From positions 15,562,001-15,626,000 of the forward strand of contig OZ024750.1 in the NCBI GenBank assembly GCA_964016885.1: 64,000 bases of DNA, in the 5' to 3' direction. The notes beneath the pieces were generated by a model. That model was not told where the DNA came from and did not search any database. It was given only the letters and a program-made list of their open reading frames with translations. The number at the start of each line of letters is the position of its first letter. Position 1 is the first letter of the stretch. Position numbers and translations under genes: made by a program. Below, one piece after another: positions 12,634 to 26,563 of the stretch. Origin of the DNA: Eledone cirrhosa. Taxonomy: Eukaryota.

Positions 12634-13432
12634 TTACCACACAATTACAGATGCAAAATGAAAACCTGGTTGCAACAACCTGGCATTATAAGAGGACAGT
12701 GACACTTGTGACCACAAATTCCAGTCCCAATGATTTAACAAGTATCTGACGAAAACAAAACATTGGAGAACACCATATTGTGCCATGTTAAAGGGCAGTA
12801 AGATACTACATGGAGCACATGAATGGAGTGGACCATGCAGACCAGTTGAGAACCAGCTACTGCATTGGAAGACAGTCAAATAAATGGTGGAAGTATTTTA
12901 TTGTTGATTTGCAAAATGTTCATCATTTGTGTTGATGAGAAAAGCCCCAAACCATATAATCCTATCTAGGAAAGGCAAGGGGAAAAAATGTACCCAGTTG
13001 GATTTCAAAATGAACCTGGCACATCAACGTATTGCCCATGGAAGAAATTCCCCAAGTAAAGGATGCCACACACTGGCCTGTAGACTTAGGGAAAAGAGAA
13101 CTTGCAAGCAGTGTTCTAAACAAAATATTAGAAAGAAACCAAAGACAGGCTGAGAGCAATGCAAGATAAATCTGTATTAATTGTTTCAAGCCCTACCATC
13201 TCAAACATTTCCCTTAAATGTATGTTTATGTTGACACTTACAGGAAAAAAATTGTTTTTGCTTACATCTATTAATTTGTATATTTTATTCAATAATCTGT
13301 AAATATAATTATATTTTTTTGCAATATCCTTTAGAAAATTCAGTTTGGAAACTTTACTGAAAACGTTATAGCAATTTTAGTTTGGTCATGTTAAAAAAAC
13401 TACCGATTCTCAGTATTTGGCTCAGGGAGTTA
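12634..13432 (+). mobile_element. piggyBac transposase remnant, duplicated copy without the SINE
   Basis: Same sequence as 3130-4133. Retains MNGVDHADQLR and an uninterrupted CINCFKPYH. Confidence 0.75.
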
Positions 13433-16400
13433 GTGAGAAAATAAAAGAGGGAAAGTGTCAGATACTAAGGGAAGTAATCATATACGATCACAATGGGAGA
13501 AGAAATAAAAGCAATCAAAACAAAGTAAAAAACTGGAATGGCTTGTGGCAAGGAAAACGAAACAGTGCCAATATTAAACCAATATATTTACTTCCGTAGA
13601 TTGCTTTTGTTTCCTTCAGTTTCTTTATTTTGCTGAATATATCAAAACAAAATGATGAAAATAAAAAGATATGTATACAATATAGATGTATAATACTTAC
13701 ATATTAAATAAAAATTCGATATCACAATATGTTGTAGTCAGAATATAAGTCGGACAGAGAACGTCGAAATTTTACAGCAAACGTTCCTTGAGATTTTTAG
13801 GTCAACATAATACAGAATGTTGTAGCTATTTCTTCAGACAGTTAACTAGCAATCGTTTCTACATAATTTGATCCTGTAAATATTAATTGTAAACTAGAAG
13901 TGACTAAATAATGGAGATTCGTATCAAACAGTAACGGGAAGTGATTAGATAATGTTTCAACAACTACAGTGTCAGAAGGGAAGTAACTCCCTCTCTTACA
14001 CTAGCATTTGCCTGTAACGAATTGAGATCGGGTATGAGGGAAATTTAATTTTATTTCTAAGCAGGTATACCAAAAATTATTGCGACTTCCATGACATACA
14101 CACATAGATGCATACATACTTACGCACATATACACACATAGATACATATATACTTACGTACATACGCATATATTTATAATTACATACATACTATGCATCG
14201 AAAATGGTGTCACATATCAAGCGATGCCTGTGCTTGAAACTTTTGAAAGTGAGGAAATTCTTTGCACAGGGCCAATCCCACTCTCTGAACATCGAATGCA
14301 TTTGCCCCTAAAGAAAAACTGCTCTACATTATTGGATGCAAACGAAGTCGTAGTTTTTATATCTGAGTGACCTTCTCCTAGAGAGGTCTTAATGGTGGGG
14401 TTGCCTGTTTAGTCGTGGACAACCCGGCCATGCACAGGTTGCACTGGGTTACATGTTACCAGTAGCCCTGAAGAGCGACCTTACATATATACGTACGTAC
14501 ACACACACATTCCTGGTGGAAGGAAGCTGCAGTAAAGGTAGACCTGGGCAAAAGTGGTAAGAGCTGATCTGAAACAGCTGAGACTCACTGAGGAGATAAC
14601 GAAGGAGCACAGCTAGTGTAGAGATGATGTACTGAAAAGGACTTGTCCAACTCATGCAAACATGGAAAAACGACCGTAAAAATGATGAGGATGATATCAT
14701 CATCATCATCACCGTTTTACATCCATTTTTCCATGCTAGCAGAGGTTAGACGAGTTGTCCTCTTGAAGGCAATGCTAGGTCAAGTGATCATGTCTTTAAA
14801 GAATGTAGTGGGTGCATTTATTGTATAGATCAACATTAGAATATATTTGGCATTGTAAATACACACACACACTCATATATATACATCAGGACTCTGACAC
14901 TACCACCTCATATGATGGACTGGGTGTTTTTTTCACCATGGCACCAACATTACCACCTTACAGGATAATCTTGTATATACAAAAATGATAAAATAAGAAT
15001 ACTTTTAGATTACAGCAGTTTTATTTAGATTTTAAATTATCAAGAATATTTACAAAGAGAGATGAGATAAGCAAGCAAGGAATCTGTGTCTCATAGTCAA
15101 GATGATAATGGTTTCATAACAAGTAGTGATCATCATCATCACCGTTTTACGTCCGTTCTTCCATCTACTGATATCTTCTAGTGATATCTATCTAGTGATA
15201 TCTTCTATAACTCATACCAATATGCAAAATAGACATTTGACACTTTTAAATTCACATTTAGCTAAACCATCAAGGTTTGATGAAGGAATCGTACTATAAG
15301 TAAAAAATTAAATAGTACCAACAACAGAATCATTCCCTTCATTACTTAACCCTTTAGCATTTAAACCGCCATATCCGACCAGAATTCTCTCACCTCTTTC
15401 TGTTCAAACCAGCTGTAACCAGCCACTCATACTGATGTTAAGGTATCGTTCTCAAAATAAATAACATTAAAATCTCGTAGATTCAATATCATGTAAGATA
15501 AAGTCTTTACCACAATAATACAATAGTATATATAGATTAATACTAAAGGGTTAAATATATAATATAATTTAAACAAAAACAGACATAAGATACATGAAAG
15601 AATGTATAAAAGATATAGAATATACATATAAGATATCATAAGTATATCCTATTATGGTGTTATGAAATATTTTCTTTCATGTTTGCGCATTTTTAACATA
15701 ATTATACTATAATGCTATCTTTGATTTATGAAAATACATCAACTAAACAGTATGCCTTCTAAAAATATCTAGAACTATTATGAAAGAATATTTTTATCAA
15801 AATGATCACAATCATATGCTATGTCACCACTAGATATAGCTGTGGTTATATAAAATCTAGTGTTGGGAGATTTTAAGCACACTAATATATCTTCTTTCTT
15901 TTGGAATATATTATTATGTATTATGTGGAATCATCATCATCATCACTGTTTTACATCCATTCTTCAACACTAGCATAGGTTAGATAAGTTGTCCTGTTGT
16001 GGGCAATGCCAGGTCGGGTGACCTTGTCTTGTTCATATGGGAACTGATTTGGGATTGATTTCTACAGCTGGATGCCCTTCCTAACACCAACCTTATTTAC
16101 AGTGAGTACTAGCTGCTTTTTTACTGTGGCGCCTACACAACCATTTTAGAGTGTGGGCTTTTTTGCCGTGACACTTCCACGACCACTTTGCAGTGGGAGG
16201 GGGTGGATTATATTTATCATCATGTATTATGGAGACAATGAACAAGTCACAGCACGTTACATTATTATGTTTTCCACATTGGATTGGCAGTATCTCTCTG
16301 TCTGCTTTGCAGCATAGAGTTACGGCCCATTACGATCTGAATTCAAATCCCACCGAGGTTAACTTTGTGTTTCATCCTTACGGGGGTCGATAAAATAAAG

Positions 16401-16529
16401 TACCAGTAATGTACGAGGAGATAATTGCTGGCCTTGTGCCCAAAGTAGAAACAATTATTATGTAAGATATTTTTCCTCAGAGATTGACTTTTGACAATGA
16501 TATGATTACACATTTGTATCAACATAGGT

Positions 16530-17430
16530 AGTTAATTGTGATTTTTAACAGATTTAGCATAAATATCACAGTGCCATATTTTCTTTTTATGAATGCAAAT
16601 ATGTTTAAGTAAGTGATAATGTTCAGAGAATGATTTACAATAGATATCATAATGATATGGTTACTATTCAGTATCAATACATTTGTGTATAGTTAATTCA
16701 CCACATTGAGAGAACAATTTACGAATAGGCTATGTAGCCAGTAAACCCTAAAGGGATGCAAAACACATTGCTATAGCGTTTCACCAGCCCTTCCTTCTGT
16801 TGTCTGTATCTGTTTATGTATTTACATGTAGATGTGTGTGTGTATGTAACTAAAGTGTAACGTACGTTAAGAATGGATGACTAAATGATTTTAACTTGTT
16901 TTTTAACAATTGAAGATGGAAAAGATTTCAAATGGTCTTCTCGAGTTGCAACTTATGGTGTCTGACACTCTTACCGGCTACATAGCCTCTTCCAGCAATT
17001 TACCATAGATATCACAGCGATATGCTTTGTTTTCAATATGAATACGTTTGTGAGGAATTAGGTTATAATTTGTTGAGAATGATTTAGCACAATGATGTAG
17101 TTTCTCTCCTGTATGAATATACTTGTGAGTAGTTCATGAAATGTTTTGAGAGAATTATTTACTATAGATATCAAAGTGATATAGTTTCCTTCTGGTATGA
17201 ATATATTTGTCTCTATTATAATTACATTGATGAGTAGTTAAGTTATGGTTCAGTGAGAGTGATTTACCAGATATCACAGTGAAATGGTTTCTCAAGTATG
17301 AAAGTTTTTGAGATTAAGCAGGCTGCTACTGAGAATGATTCACCCCAGATATCACAATGATATGATAGTTCTCCTGTATGAATTCATTTATGAATTATTA
17401 AGTGGCCTTTTGGTATCACTGTGATGAGGT
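16530..17430 (-). pseudogene. Decayed zinc-finger units downstream of the paralog 3 stop
   Basis: Duplicate of 8540-9450. Confidence 0.8.
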
Positions 17431-17435
17431 TTCTT

Positions 17436-18965
17436 TCAATTATGAATATGTTTATGAGTGGTAAAGCTGCTTGCTTGAGAGAATGATTTACCACAGATAT
17501 GGCAGTGATATAGTTTCTCTCCTGTATGAATTTGTTCATGATTTGTTAAGTGGCCTTTTTGAGAGAATGATTTACCACAGACATCACAGTGATATGGTTT
17601 CTCTCCTGTATGAATTTGTTCATGATTTGTTAAGTGGCCTTTTTGAGAGAATGACTTACCACAGATATCACAGTGATATGGTTTCTCTCCTGAATGAATT
17701 TGTTCATGATTTGTTAAGTGGCTTTTTTGAGAGAATGATTTACCACAGATATCACAGTGATATGGTTTCTCTCCTGTATGAATATATTTGTGAATTGTTA
17801 AGTTGCCTGCTTGAGAGAATGATTTACCGCAGATATCACAGTGATATGGTTTCTCTCTTGTATGAATATGTTTATGAATTATTAAGTGGCCTTTTTGCGA
17901 GAATGATTTGCCACAGATATCACAGTGAAATGGTTTATCTTCTAAATGAATATGTTTGTGAGTTGTTAAGTTGCCTGCCTGAGAGAATGATTTACCACAG
18001 ATATCACAGTGATATGGTTTCTTTCTTGTATGAGTATGTTTGTGAGTTGTTAAGTTGCCTTTTTGAGAGAATGATTTACCACAGATATCACACTGATAAG
18101 ACAGTTGTCCAGTATGAATATGTTTGTGAGTTGTTAAGTTGCCTTTTTGAGAGAAAGTTTTATCACAGATATCACAGTGATATGGTTTCTCTCCTGCATG
18201 AATATTTATGTGAGTTGTTAAGTTGCCTTTTTGAGAAAATGATTTACCACAGATATCACAGTGATATGGCAGCTCGCCTGCATGAATATGTTTGTGAGTT
18301 GTTAGGTTGCCTTGTTGAGAGAATGATCTACCACAGATATCACAGTGATATGGTTTCTCTCCTGTATGAATATGCTTGTGAGTTGTTAAGTTGCCTTGTT
18401 GAGAGAATGACTTACCACAGATATCACAGTGATAAGACAGTTCTCCAGTATGAATATGTTTGTGAGTTGTTAAGTTGCTTTGTTGAGAGAATGATTTACC
18501 ACAGATATCACAGTGATATGGTTTCTCTCCTGTATGAATATGTATGTGAGTTGTTAAGTTCCCTTGTTGAGAGAATGATTTACCACAGATATCACAGTCA
18601 TATGGTTTCTCTCTTATATGAATATGCTTGTGAGCTGTTAATTTGCTTCCTTGAGAGAATGATTTACCACAGATATCACAGTGATATGGTTTCTCTCCTG
18701 TATGAATAGATTTGTGAGCTGTTAATTTGCTTGCTTGAGAGAATGATTTACCACAGATGTTACAGTGATATGGTTTCTCTCCTGTATGAATATGTATGTG
18801 AGTTGTTAAGTTCCCTTGTTGAGAGAATGATTTACCACAGATATCACAGTGATATGGTTTCTCTCCTGTATGAATATATTTGTGAGTTTTAAGGTTACTT
18901 TTTTCAGAGAATGACTTTCTACAGACACTGCAATTGTATGGTGGTTTCTCTATCTCTGTCGCCAT
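17436..18965 (-). CDS. Tandem C2H2 zinc-finger protein, paralog 3 (509 aa, 18 fingers)
   Basis: Intact ORF with the same leader and the same terminal finger ([13 protein letters not shown]) as paralog 2. Confidence 0.95.
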   Translation of the reverse strand: MATEIEKPPYNCSVCRKSFSEKSNLKTHKYIHTGEKPYHCDICGKSFSQQGNLTTHIHIHTGEKPYHCNICGKSFSQASKLTAHKSIHTGEKPYHCDICGKSFSQGSKLTAHKHIHIREKPYDCDICGKSFSQQGNLTTHIHIHTGEKPYHCDICGKSFSQQSNLTTHKHIHTGELSYHCDICGKSFSQQGNLTTHKHIHTGEKPYHCDICGRSFSQQGNLTTHKHIHAGELPYHCDICGKSFSQKGNLTTHINIHAGEKPYHCDICDKTFSQKGNLTTHKHIHTGQLSYQCDICGKSFSQKGNLTTHKHTHTRKKPYHCDICGKSFSQAGNLTTHKHIHLEDKPFHCDICGKSFSQKGHLIIHKHIHTREKPYHCDICGKSFSQAGNLTIHKYIHTGEKPYHCDICGKSFSQKSHLTNHEQIHSGEKPYHCDICGKSFSQKGHLTNHEQIHTGEKPYHCDVCGKSFSQKGHLTNHEQIHTGEKLYHCHICGKSFSQASSFTTHKHIHN

Positions 18966-21699
18966 ATCTTCAACACAAAGGCAATCAATTTAATTTTTTC
19001 CAATCAGTAGTTTGTTCTTTAATTTTTCCTCTCTGAAAATATATAGATATTTTTCTTCTTTTCCATATTATAATTTACTACAAACAAACATTTTTTTTTC
19101 TGCTATTTCTCCATTAGCTGTGATCTTTGTTGATATCTAAAGATATCATAAAGTCCTTTGTAAATTTTTCCCAAGTATATTTAGAATAGAAAATCATTTT
19201 TTACACATTTTAGACAGTCAAATAGAGAAATGTTCCAAAGAGTTCAAAGGAAATATTTCACAACAATTCATAGATTTATATAATCACACATCATCTTTAA
19301 ATAAACAGGGTTATATGTGTACTGTTTAACATCCCACATAATCTTTACACATAGCATGGAAGATGGATGTTAAACGATGATGATGGTGATGATGCTTCAG
19401 ATGTAAAGAATTCTTTAATGCTGATGTCATTTGATATTCTGAAATAAAAGAAGTACAGTGTAAGTTATAAAGGATATTTCAAAAGTAGAGATTTAACAGC
19501 AAATACTATACTTGATTTCTATATTGATAAAGTGTAGATACAAACCTTAATTCATATATATATGCAATATATATAGTAAATAATTATACATAATCTCACA
19601 TAGGAAATAAATGTACAGAAGGATAAGATCTTGCTACCATCAGGGAATGGCCATGTTAATTGAGTAGAAAAGGAATGGTTAGGAATTTCATATGGTGTAC
19701 CCAGTATTCACAGTAAACACACAAGAGATGTAGTGGGATCATAGGTAGACTGATGGGAAGGTGAGACTTTGTGTGTATTAGATGTGCTGGAGTAGTTAAC
19801 AGTAAAGATATCATAGAGCTAAACTCTCTCAGAATGTCAGAAGCTTCAGTGGAAATGGTAGAAAGCCACTTTTGTTATCTAGATCTGATTAATAGTGGAG
19901 GTTGATGTACTGAAAGTGTTATTGTCAGAGTAGGAACAGGTTGGAAGAAGTTCAGGGAGCTGTTACCAATGATGGAAACAAAGGGTTAATCCCTCTCTCA
20001 GAGTGTAGAGTTGACTGTATGATGCCTGCTCATGAAGGACGACATGGATTGGCAACATGCTGTTCCGGTGAAGATCCACCTACTGACTCATCCACGATGA
20101 GGTATTTCCAACGTCATTGGACATTCTATTAACACCCCTTAGCAGTTATTCTCACCATTACTGTTTACCTATCTCCCCATTCACACCCTTTACATGGTAG
20201 AAATATTTCCTAGACCTGGTCACAACAACATCTGATGTATATGAGGTATGCCAGGGAGCAATGATTAATTTTACATGGTAGAAATATTTCCTAGACCTGG
20301 TCACAACAGCATCTTCTGATGTATATGAGGTGCGTCAGGGAGCAATGATTAATCTCTCAGTTGTCGAGGTTCACGAGCAATTAAAGAGTTCAAATGTGGC
20401 AAGGCCTTTGGAAAGGATGAAATTTGGCCTGAGATGTTAAAAGCCTTAAATAGACAAGCTATATTTGAAAGAAACAATCTGACGTTGATTATTAACATGT
20501 GCGAAACAATAAAAACTGGAATGGTGTGTTGCAGGGAAAACGAAACAGTGCCAGTATTAAACTTTCCGTTGATTGCTTTTGTTTCCTTCAGTTTCTTTAT
20601 TTTGCTGAATATATAAAAACAAAATGATGAAAATAAAAAGATATGTATACAATTTAGATGTATAATACTTACATATTAAATAAAAATTCGATATCACAAT
20701 ATGTTGTAGTCAGAATCCAAGTCGGACAGAACAATGCTAGCTTTAAGAGAACGTCTAAATTTTACAGCAAACGTTCCTTGAGATTTTTAGGTCAACATAA
20801 TACAGAATGTTGTAGCTATTTCTTCAGACAGTTAACTAGCAATCATTTTTACATAATTTGATCCTGTAAATATTAATTGTAAACTAGAAGTGACTAAATA
20901 ATGGAGATTCGTATCAAACAGTAGCGGGAAGTGATTAGACAATGTTTCAACAACTACAGTGTCGAAAGGGAAGTAACTCACTTACTCTTAGATTGTTTTT
21001 ACACTGTAGCTTTCACCCACGTTTGCCAGTGAAGTTCGAGCGTGTATGAGGGATATTTGTTTTCTGTTTCTAGCAGGTATACCAACAATTATTACACACA
21101 CACACATGCATATATACATACATACATACACATACAAACATACATACATACATACATAACGCATATGTATGTGTGTGTAAAATTGTCGGCTGTGATTTGA
21201 GGGGTATTTTGCTAATATTTCTAGTAGATCTATAGCGTATGTGTATATATGTGGTAGCAGCCTGCAAGACGTAAAGAAAGAGAAGTAGTATGAGGAAGTC
21301 ATAACAATAGTGGTAGCAGCCTGCATCAGTGAATATTAGACGCTGTTTTCTGTAGTTTGTCATCACCCTTCCTCAATCATTTCTTGTGCATCACGTCATC
21401 ACCCCTTCCTTCGTTAATAATCTCTAGTGTGTGACATAAAGACGGACAGCAGTCGCTCAAATTCAGAGATAACTTTCATCAAAGTTATAACGACAATACA
21501 TGAAGATCAAAAAGTTAAATGTCTGATGTTGTTTTTATGTATGATGTGTATGCGTGTTTGGTTGCAAATGTATTATTAAAAATGTATTTGCAAACTTTTT
21601 TTGATGGGATGAATTTCGCTAGCCTGACTGAAAGAGAGACTCAAAGGGGTCAGTATGTGAGACAGTTGACCACTATATCTTAGCTAGTCAGTATAAACT

Positions 21700-22910
21700 C
21701 TGCAACTGCTGGAACTACTCTGGAAGCAGGCTACTTATGAGTATTCCTTCCTTAGCCTCAGAGATTTCAGAATCTCAGACATATTGTTGGCTCAAAATCT
21801 ATCCACAATAGGAACTTATCTATGAGGCCACAAATGTCAGCTTCTTGGTGGTCGCTTGATAGTGTGAAAGAAACTCTATTGAGGGGAGTATTAAATCACT
21901 GCTACAGATCAATGTATCACATAGAACCTTTCCTTTTTGCTTCATACATGAGACAGTAGTGTGGGAGTAGATCTTAGACATACCAATATAGCTTTGTTAA
22001 TTTGGGTACAGAATCTATCAATAGCTTGAAGATAGCTAGTACTTGTGTGACCCCAAACCCAGCTGCCATACAACAATTGAGTGTTGATGACTCCTTTATT
22101 ATATCAAATGGTTGTATGTTAGACGGTAGAATTTCTTTGAGATTACTTTAATTGTATGCCACGTTAAAGTCATTTTTTTCAGAGTGTGTTTAAGATGAGT
22201 TTCCCATTTCAAGTCAGATTGTAACCAAATGCCTAGTATCTTGATGGATTTTTGTGGTATCAGTAGTTGGTTCATCAAGTATATTTCATCACATTAATAA
22301 TTGATGGGTTCAGGATTATTGAAATGAGCCAGTTGTGTTTTAGAGGGATCAAATTGTTTGCCATTTTCTTTTGCCCATTTAGTTTGAGTTGATAGCGCTG
22401 TGCATAATTTGGTTTTGTTGTTGATAATACTAGATGAAGTATATAAGTTGACATCATCTGCAATACCTGATACTTCTACAATTTTATTTAGAGATGTAAA
22501 TAAGTCTGTTGTGTAATATAGAAAGAGAATGGGTGAGACTGGCGATCCCTTTAAAAGGTAAATATTTTTTTCTTTTCTTGTTTCCAAGAATCAGACTTGT
22601 TCTATGATGAGTGAGTGAGAAAGCTTTCAATCCAGTTACAAAGATATTTGGGGATTTTAAATTGTAGTTTTTTGACTAGAGCATCATGAACCACATTGTC
22701 ATAAGCTCCTTTTATATCTAGTGAGATCAAACTGGTTAATTTTCTCAAGAGTTTTAAGTTTCTGATGAATATGGTCATTTCATGTACACAGTTCTGTGTT
22801 TTTATTCACTGAAATCTCAACTGGGATTTGGGGAAAATGTCCATTGACTCTCCTAAGTAAGATAATCTATGTCCTATAATTTTTTCTAGCATTTTAGAAA
22901 GATTTTAAAG
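21700..22910 (-). mobile_element. Degenerate I-group (Tad1/I-like) LINE reverse transcriptase
   Basis: Motifs LISLDIKGAYDNVVH, KGSPVSPILFLYY, IADDV, FDPSKTQLAHF and ILGIWL..DLKW, spread across frameshifts. Confidence 0.75.
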
Positions 22911-22975
22911 TGATACTTTAGTTCAATCAATCTATTTTCTGACTATCTTCAGCTGTCATATTTAAAATTTATTAT

Positions 22976-23160
22976 TTGGATTGGCAGTATCGGTAGAGGG
23001 TCGGACGCCATGCTTTCCAGCATAGTTACGTCCCTTAACGATCTGAGTTCAAATCCCGCTGAGGTTGACTTTGCCTTTCATCCTTACGGGGTCGATAAAA
23101 TAAAGTACCAGTAATTACTGGGTAATTGCTGGCCTTGTGCCAACAGTAGAAACAATTATT
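22976..23160 (+). mobile_element. SINE family A
   Basis: Same sequence as 3691-3880. Older copies follow at about 23478-23670 and 23690-23850. Confidence 0.85.
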
Positions 23161-24581
23161 AACTATGTGTATCCAGTTTAGAAGAGGTACACCATATCAC
23201 TGTGTCATAAGAAAATACTAAAAGTGTTGGTGCTAGGAAGGGCATTTAGCTGTACAATATTGCCTGAAAATGTTCCATCCAACCCTTGCTAGTATGGGTT
23301 GGATGGTAAGGACTGAACTCAGAAATGTTTCAAAAGTCTTGCTCTTAGTTGATTATTTCCCATTATTTGATTAAGAACCAGTATGAAATCATCATCATCA
23401 TCATCATCATCGTTTAACGGCTATCTTCCACGCTAGCATGTGTTTAAATGTGTTAATATATGTGTATTGTTGGAGCAGTAGATTGGCAGAATCATTTGAG
23501 TGCCAGAGAAAATGCTTCATAACATTTGGTTATGGATCTTTACCTTCTGAGTTCAAATCCCACCAAGGCCAACTTTGCATTTCATCCTTCCAGAGGGGTT
23601 GATAAAATAAGTACCAGTCAAGACTTTCCCCACCCTAATATTCCTGGTTTTGTGCCTATGTTAGAAACAATATATGTGTATTATTAAGGCAGCAAATTGG
23701 CAGAGTTGTTAGAACATCGGATAGATTGCTTTGTAGTATTCATTTCGGCACTTTGCTCTCTGAGTGTAAATCCCGCCAAGGTCAACTTTGCCTTTCATCC
23801 ATTCATGCTCGATAAAAAAAGTAGCAGTCTATTACTGGGGGTCGATTCTTCTTCTATCTCTCTCATTTCCTTTCTCTATCCTTCTCTGAAAGAAATCTGC
23901 TGTATTCAGGCCTGGAGAGGAGACGGGCTCCGCCAGGTTTTAAAAATGCCCTAAAAACACTATGTCAATATAGCGCCCCTACAACTCTTCAACAATTACG
24001 GGTCCATACCATACCATGTTTATTATATTAAATTATTTATTTCTTCAATTTACAAGTCAATACTTATAAAAACAATCTGGAAACATAACAACAAAGAAAC
24101 ATTAATTGGAAAAAAACAAACATTTATTGTTTTAAAAATAAATAATGAAGGCAAAAAATGAGATTATATAGAAAAAACAAGTCTCTTGTGAATATTTCAA
24201 GATTTTGTTTGGTTTCATAAAATGATTCATTCCTAACCACAGAAATCAACTAGGAAATGCTCTCCCAAAATAGTTCAATATATTATTATTCAGGCGGGGG
24301 TGGAAAAAAACCCTAGCACAATTTTTTTAACACAGACAAAAAATTAAAATAAATAACTGAAGAAATATATAAATATGGATAGTATTTGCCAAACTTTTGT
24401 TGAGTACTTTTTTTATAAACAGGAAGAAGACATAACAGAAATAATACAAGTAATTTATTTCATTTTAAATAATTATGAATATGAGAAAAAAGTGAGAGAA
24501 GACATACACACTCAATCACATACCACGACAAGGAGCAGTGGAGTTTCCCCTTTAATAATTCTTGAGTCTTATTTTTTGTGA

Positions 24582-25150
24582 GTGCCAAATTCTTGTGGGA
24601 CTGGTTTGATGCTTTGCCCATGGCCAACATTGGTGAGAGTTAGAGAATTTATATGTTATGGTGGCAGGCCCCTTGACTCCATGGGTCTTCATAGATTGTT
24701 TTCCTATCTGAACACAAGTCACTTTGTTCTACATACAGCAGTGAACCTAATTATCAAACAGACCCTGGCATGAGTCAATAACCCTTCAATTCTGGAGCCA
24801 GACAGATTGTCCAGGGTTGATGGGAAGAGGCCAGATGGTCTTTCCTGTTGCTCTTCAGTAAGATGTAGATGTCTCATTTGGGATGCCACAGTCAGCAGCT
24901 CTTTTGCTTTTTCTTATATCATGGATGCTGCAGTAAAGGAGAAGGTCACTGCATCCATAGCTGGAGAGAATAAAATTCTAAAATACCAGGAATTATCAGC
25001 AAATTATTTTTTTCTGAGCTGGAGGTGTTTGGATGGAGCTGGGCTACTGTCAATGAGGTTCTTGCCATACCAATGTATCAGGTGATGCCCATAAGATGTT
25101 TGGTTATGCCAATGTCTTAGCCTCACTATCACCCACAGCAATGCTGAGTG
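24582..25150 (+). mobile_element. CRE-like non-LTR retrotransposon C-terminal remnant (zinc knuckle and restriction-like endonuclease)
   Basis: Translation LDSMGLH...HTAVNLIIKQTL..LEPDRLSRVDGKRPDG...IWDATV...KILKYQEL matches the RH..N / EP / DGKRPD / WDVT signature. Contains stops. Confidence 0.75.
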
Positions 25151-26335
25151 TGTATGGTGGTTGGCCTAAAAAATTATTAGAGGGAAATTTCGACACCTCT
25201 TGTGGCATGTGATTGAGAGTGTGTGTCTTCTCACATTTTTTTAATTCTCTCACTCTTTTTTTAAATATAAATTGTGTTTATTTGTATGCATAATCATGTG
25301 ACAGAAATATACACTGAAATTATTATATGGGGAAGGCATGAAGATTACAACTCCTCATGCCTTTCTAAGAAATGATCAAATATGTAACTAAACAGGATTT
25401 TGTCAGTTTCAATGGTTTAAGTGTAAAATAGTGTAGATTCTACTAGATGCTTAGCATAATATATATTGATTTCCTGCAAAGTTTAACTGCAAATGAAGTA
25501 TGAGAGGATCTGTAGGTAGGTGTGTATTGAAATGTTCAAATGATTGATGAAGCAGTTTCATAATTTACAATTCTGAGTTCAGCTCCTACCTGAGGGGAAG
25601 GTGAGAAATATGATATGTTCAATCAAGGCTTTGGTTGGCTTTCCTTGCCACAATAATGTGTAAGGTGATGAAGGAAACTAGAAGTGGAGGAAATGAAGGG
25701 AAGAAAGCGAAAAAGAAATATATTTATATTTCAAATGACTAAATGATTTCCTTCTCATAACGCCTTCACAAAATTACTATTTTGTATTCTTTGACACATA
25801 CATACATATACACAAAATAAAGTTTTGACAGTGACTAAAGTTTTACAGGTGGTGGTAAAACTTCAAAATCACTGTAAAAGAATTTACAATAAATCAGGGT
25901 TCTTTAGGCAGCCAAAGTTCATTGTTTTTATGTATTTTAAACATAAGTGTTTTAAAATATGTAAACAACAATGAACATTGACTCAATACATGTGTAGAAT
26001 CTAATTATAGAAAATTGTTGTTAGTGACTTTGAAGTTTCAAACTGATAGTTTTGTAGCAAATACATGGGCAAAGGCTCGGTGATGTCACTTCCACCCAAG
26101 TGTGATGAGCGTGAATACTTAAACTGAACAGTTTAGTTGGCGCTAGTTTTTCAGCCTGTCTAAACCTGCCCAGCGCTCCTCCTCCTATCACCATCAGCAA
26201 CTAAACTACAGTTTGAATAAGCCTTCACCAATGCAACTTCAGTCATTGTCAGAAATTTACTATCAATATTTGACTCTACATATGTACTTATTGAGTCCCC
26301 AGTTCAGTCATTGGTCATAATTTTTATGTTCTCCC

Positions 26336-26357
26336 ATATATATATATATATATACAT

Positions 26358-26394
<37 letters not shown>

Positions 26395-26410
26395 TACATA
26401 TATATGTATA

Positions 26411-26479
<69 letters not shown>

Positions 26480-26563
26480 GTATGTATGTATATATATATA
26501 TATATATATACACATATATCTACCCTCTCACACAGATACATACATATATATGTGTGTGTGTGT
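26336..26563. repeat. (TA)n/(CA)n/(TG)n microsatellite
   Basis: Seen directly. Confidence 0.95.

Larger units (their letters stand above)
2139..21100. repeat. Tandem segmental triplication carrying the ZNF genes (ATG-to-ATG spacing 9520 and 7307 bp)
   Basis: 2139-4700 matches 11659-14000 and 18966-19965 plus 20505-20980. 6573-9456 matches 14565-17435. Copies are near-identical by eye. Confidence 0.95.

Noticed and set aside
95-18709. Long plus-strand ORFs (95-1390, 1400-1966, 9492-11402, 17471-18709) with YHRYHSDM repeats
   Set aside because: These are antisense shadows of the homogeneous 84-bp ZF units. A stop-free unit gives a long ORF automatically.
20190-20355. Small local duplications (about 80 bp here; also near 39757/41095, 43890/44325, 44635 and 57905)
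   Set aside because: These look like ordinary slippage or duplication with no sign of function.
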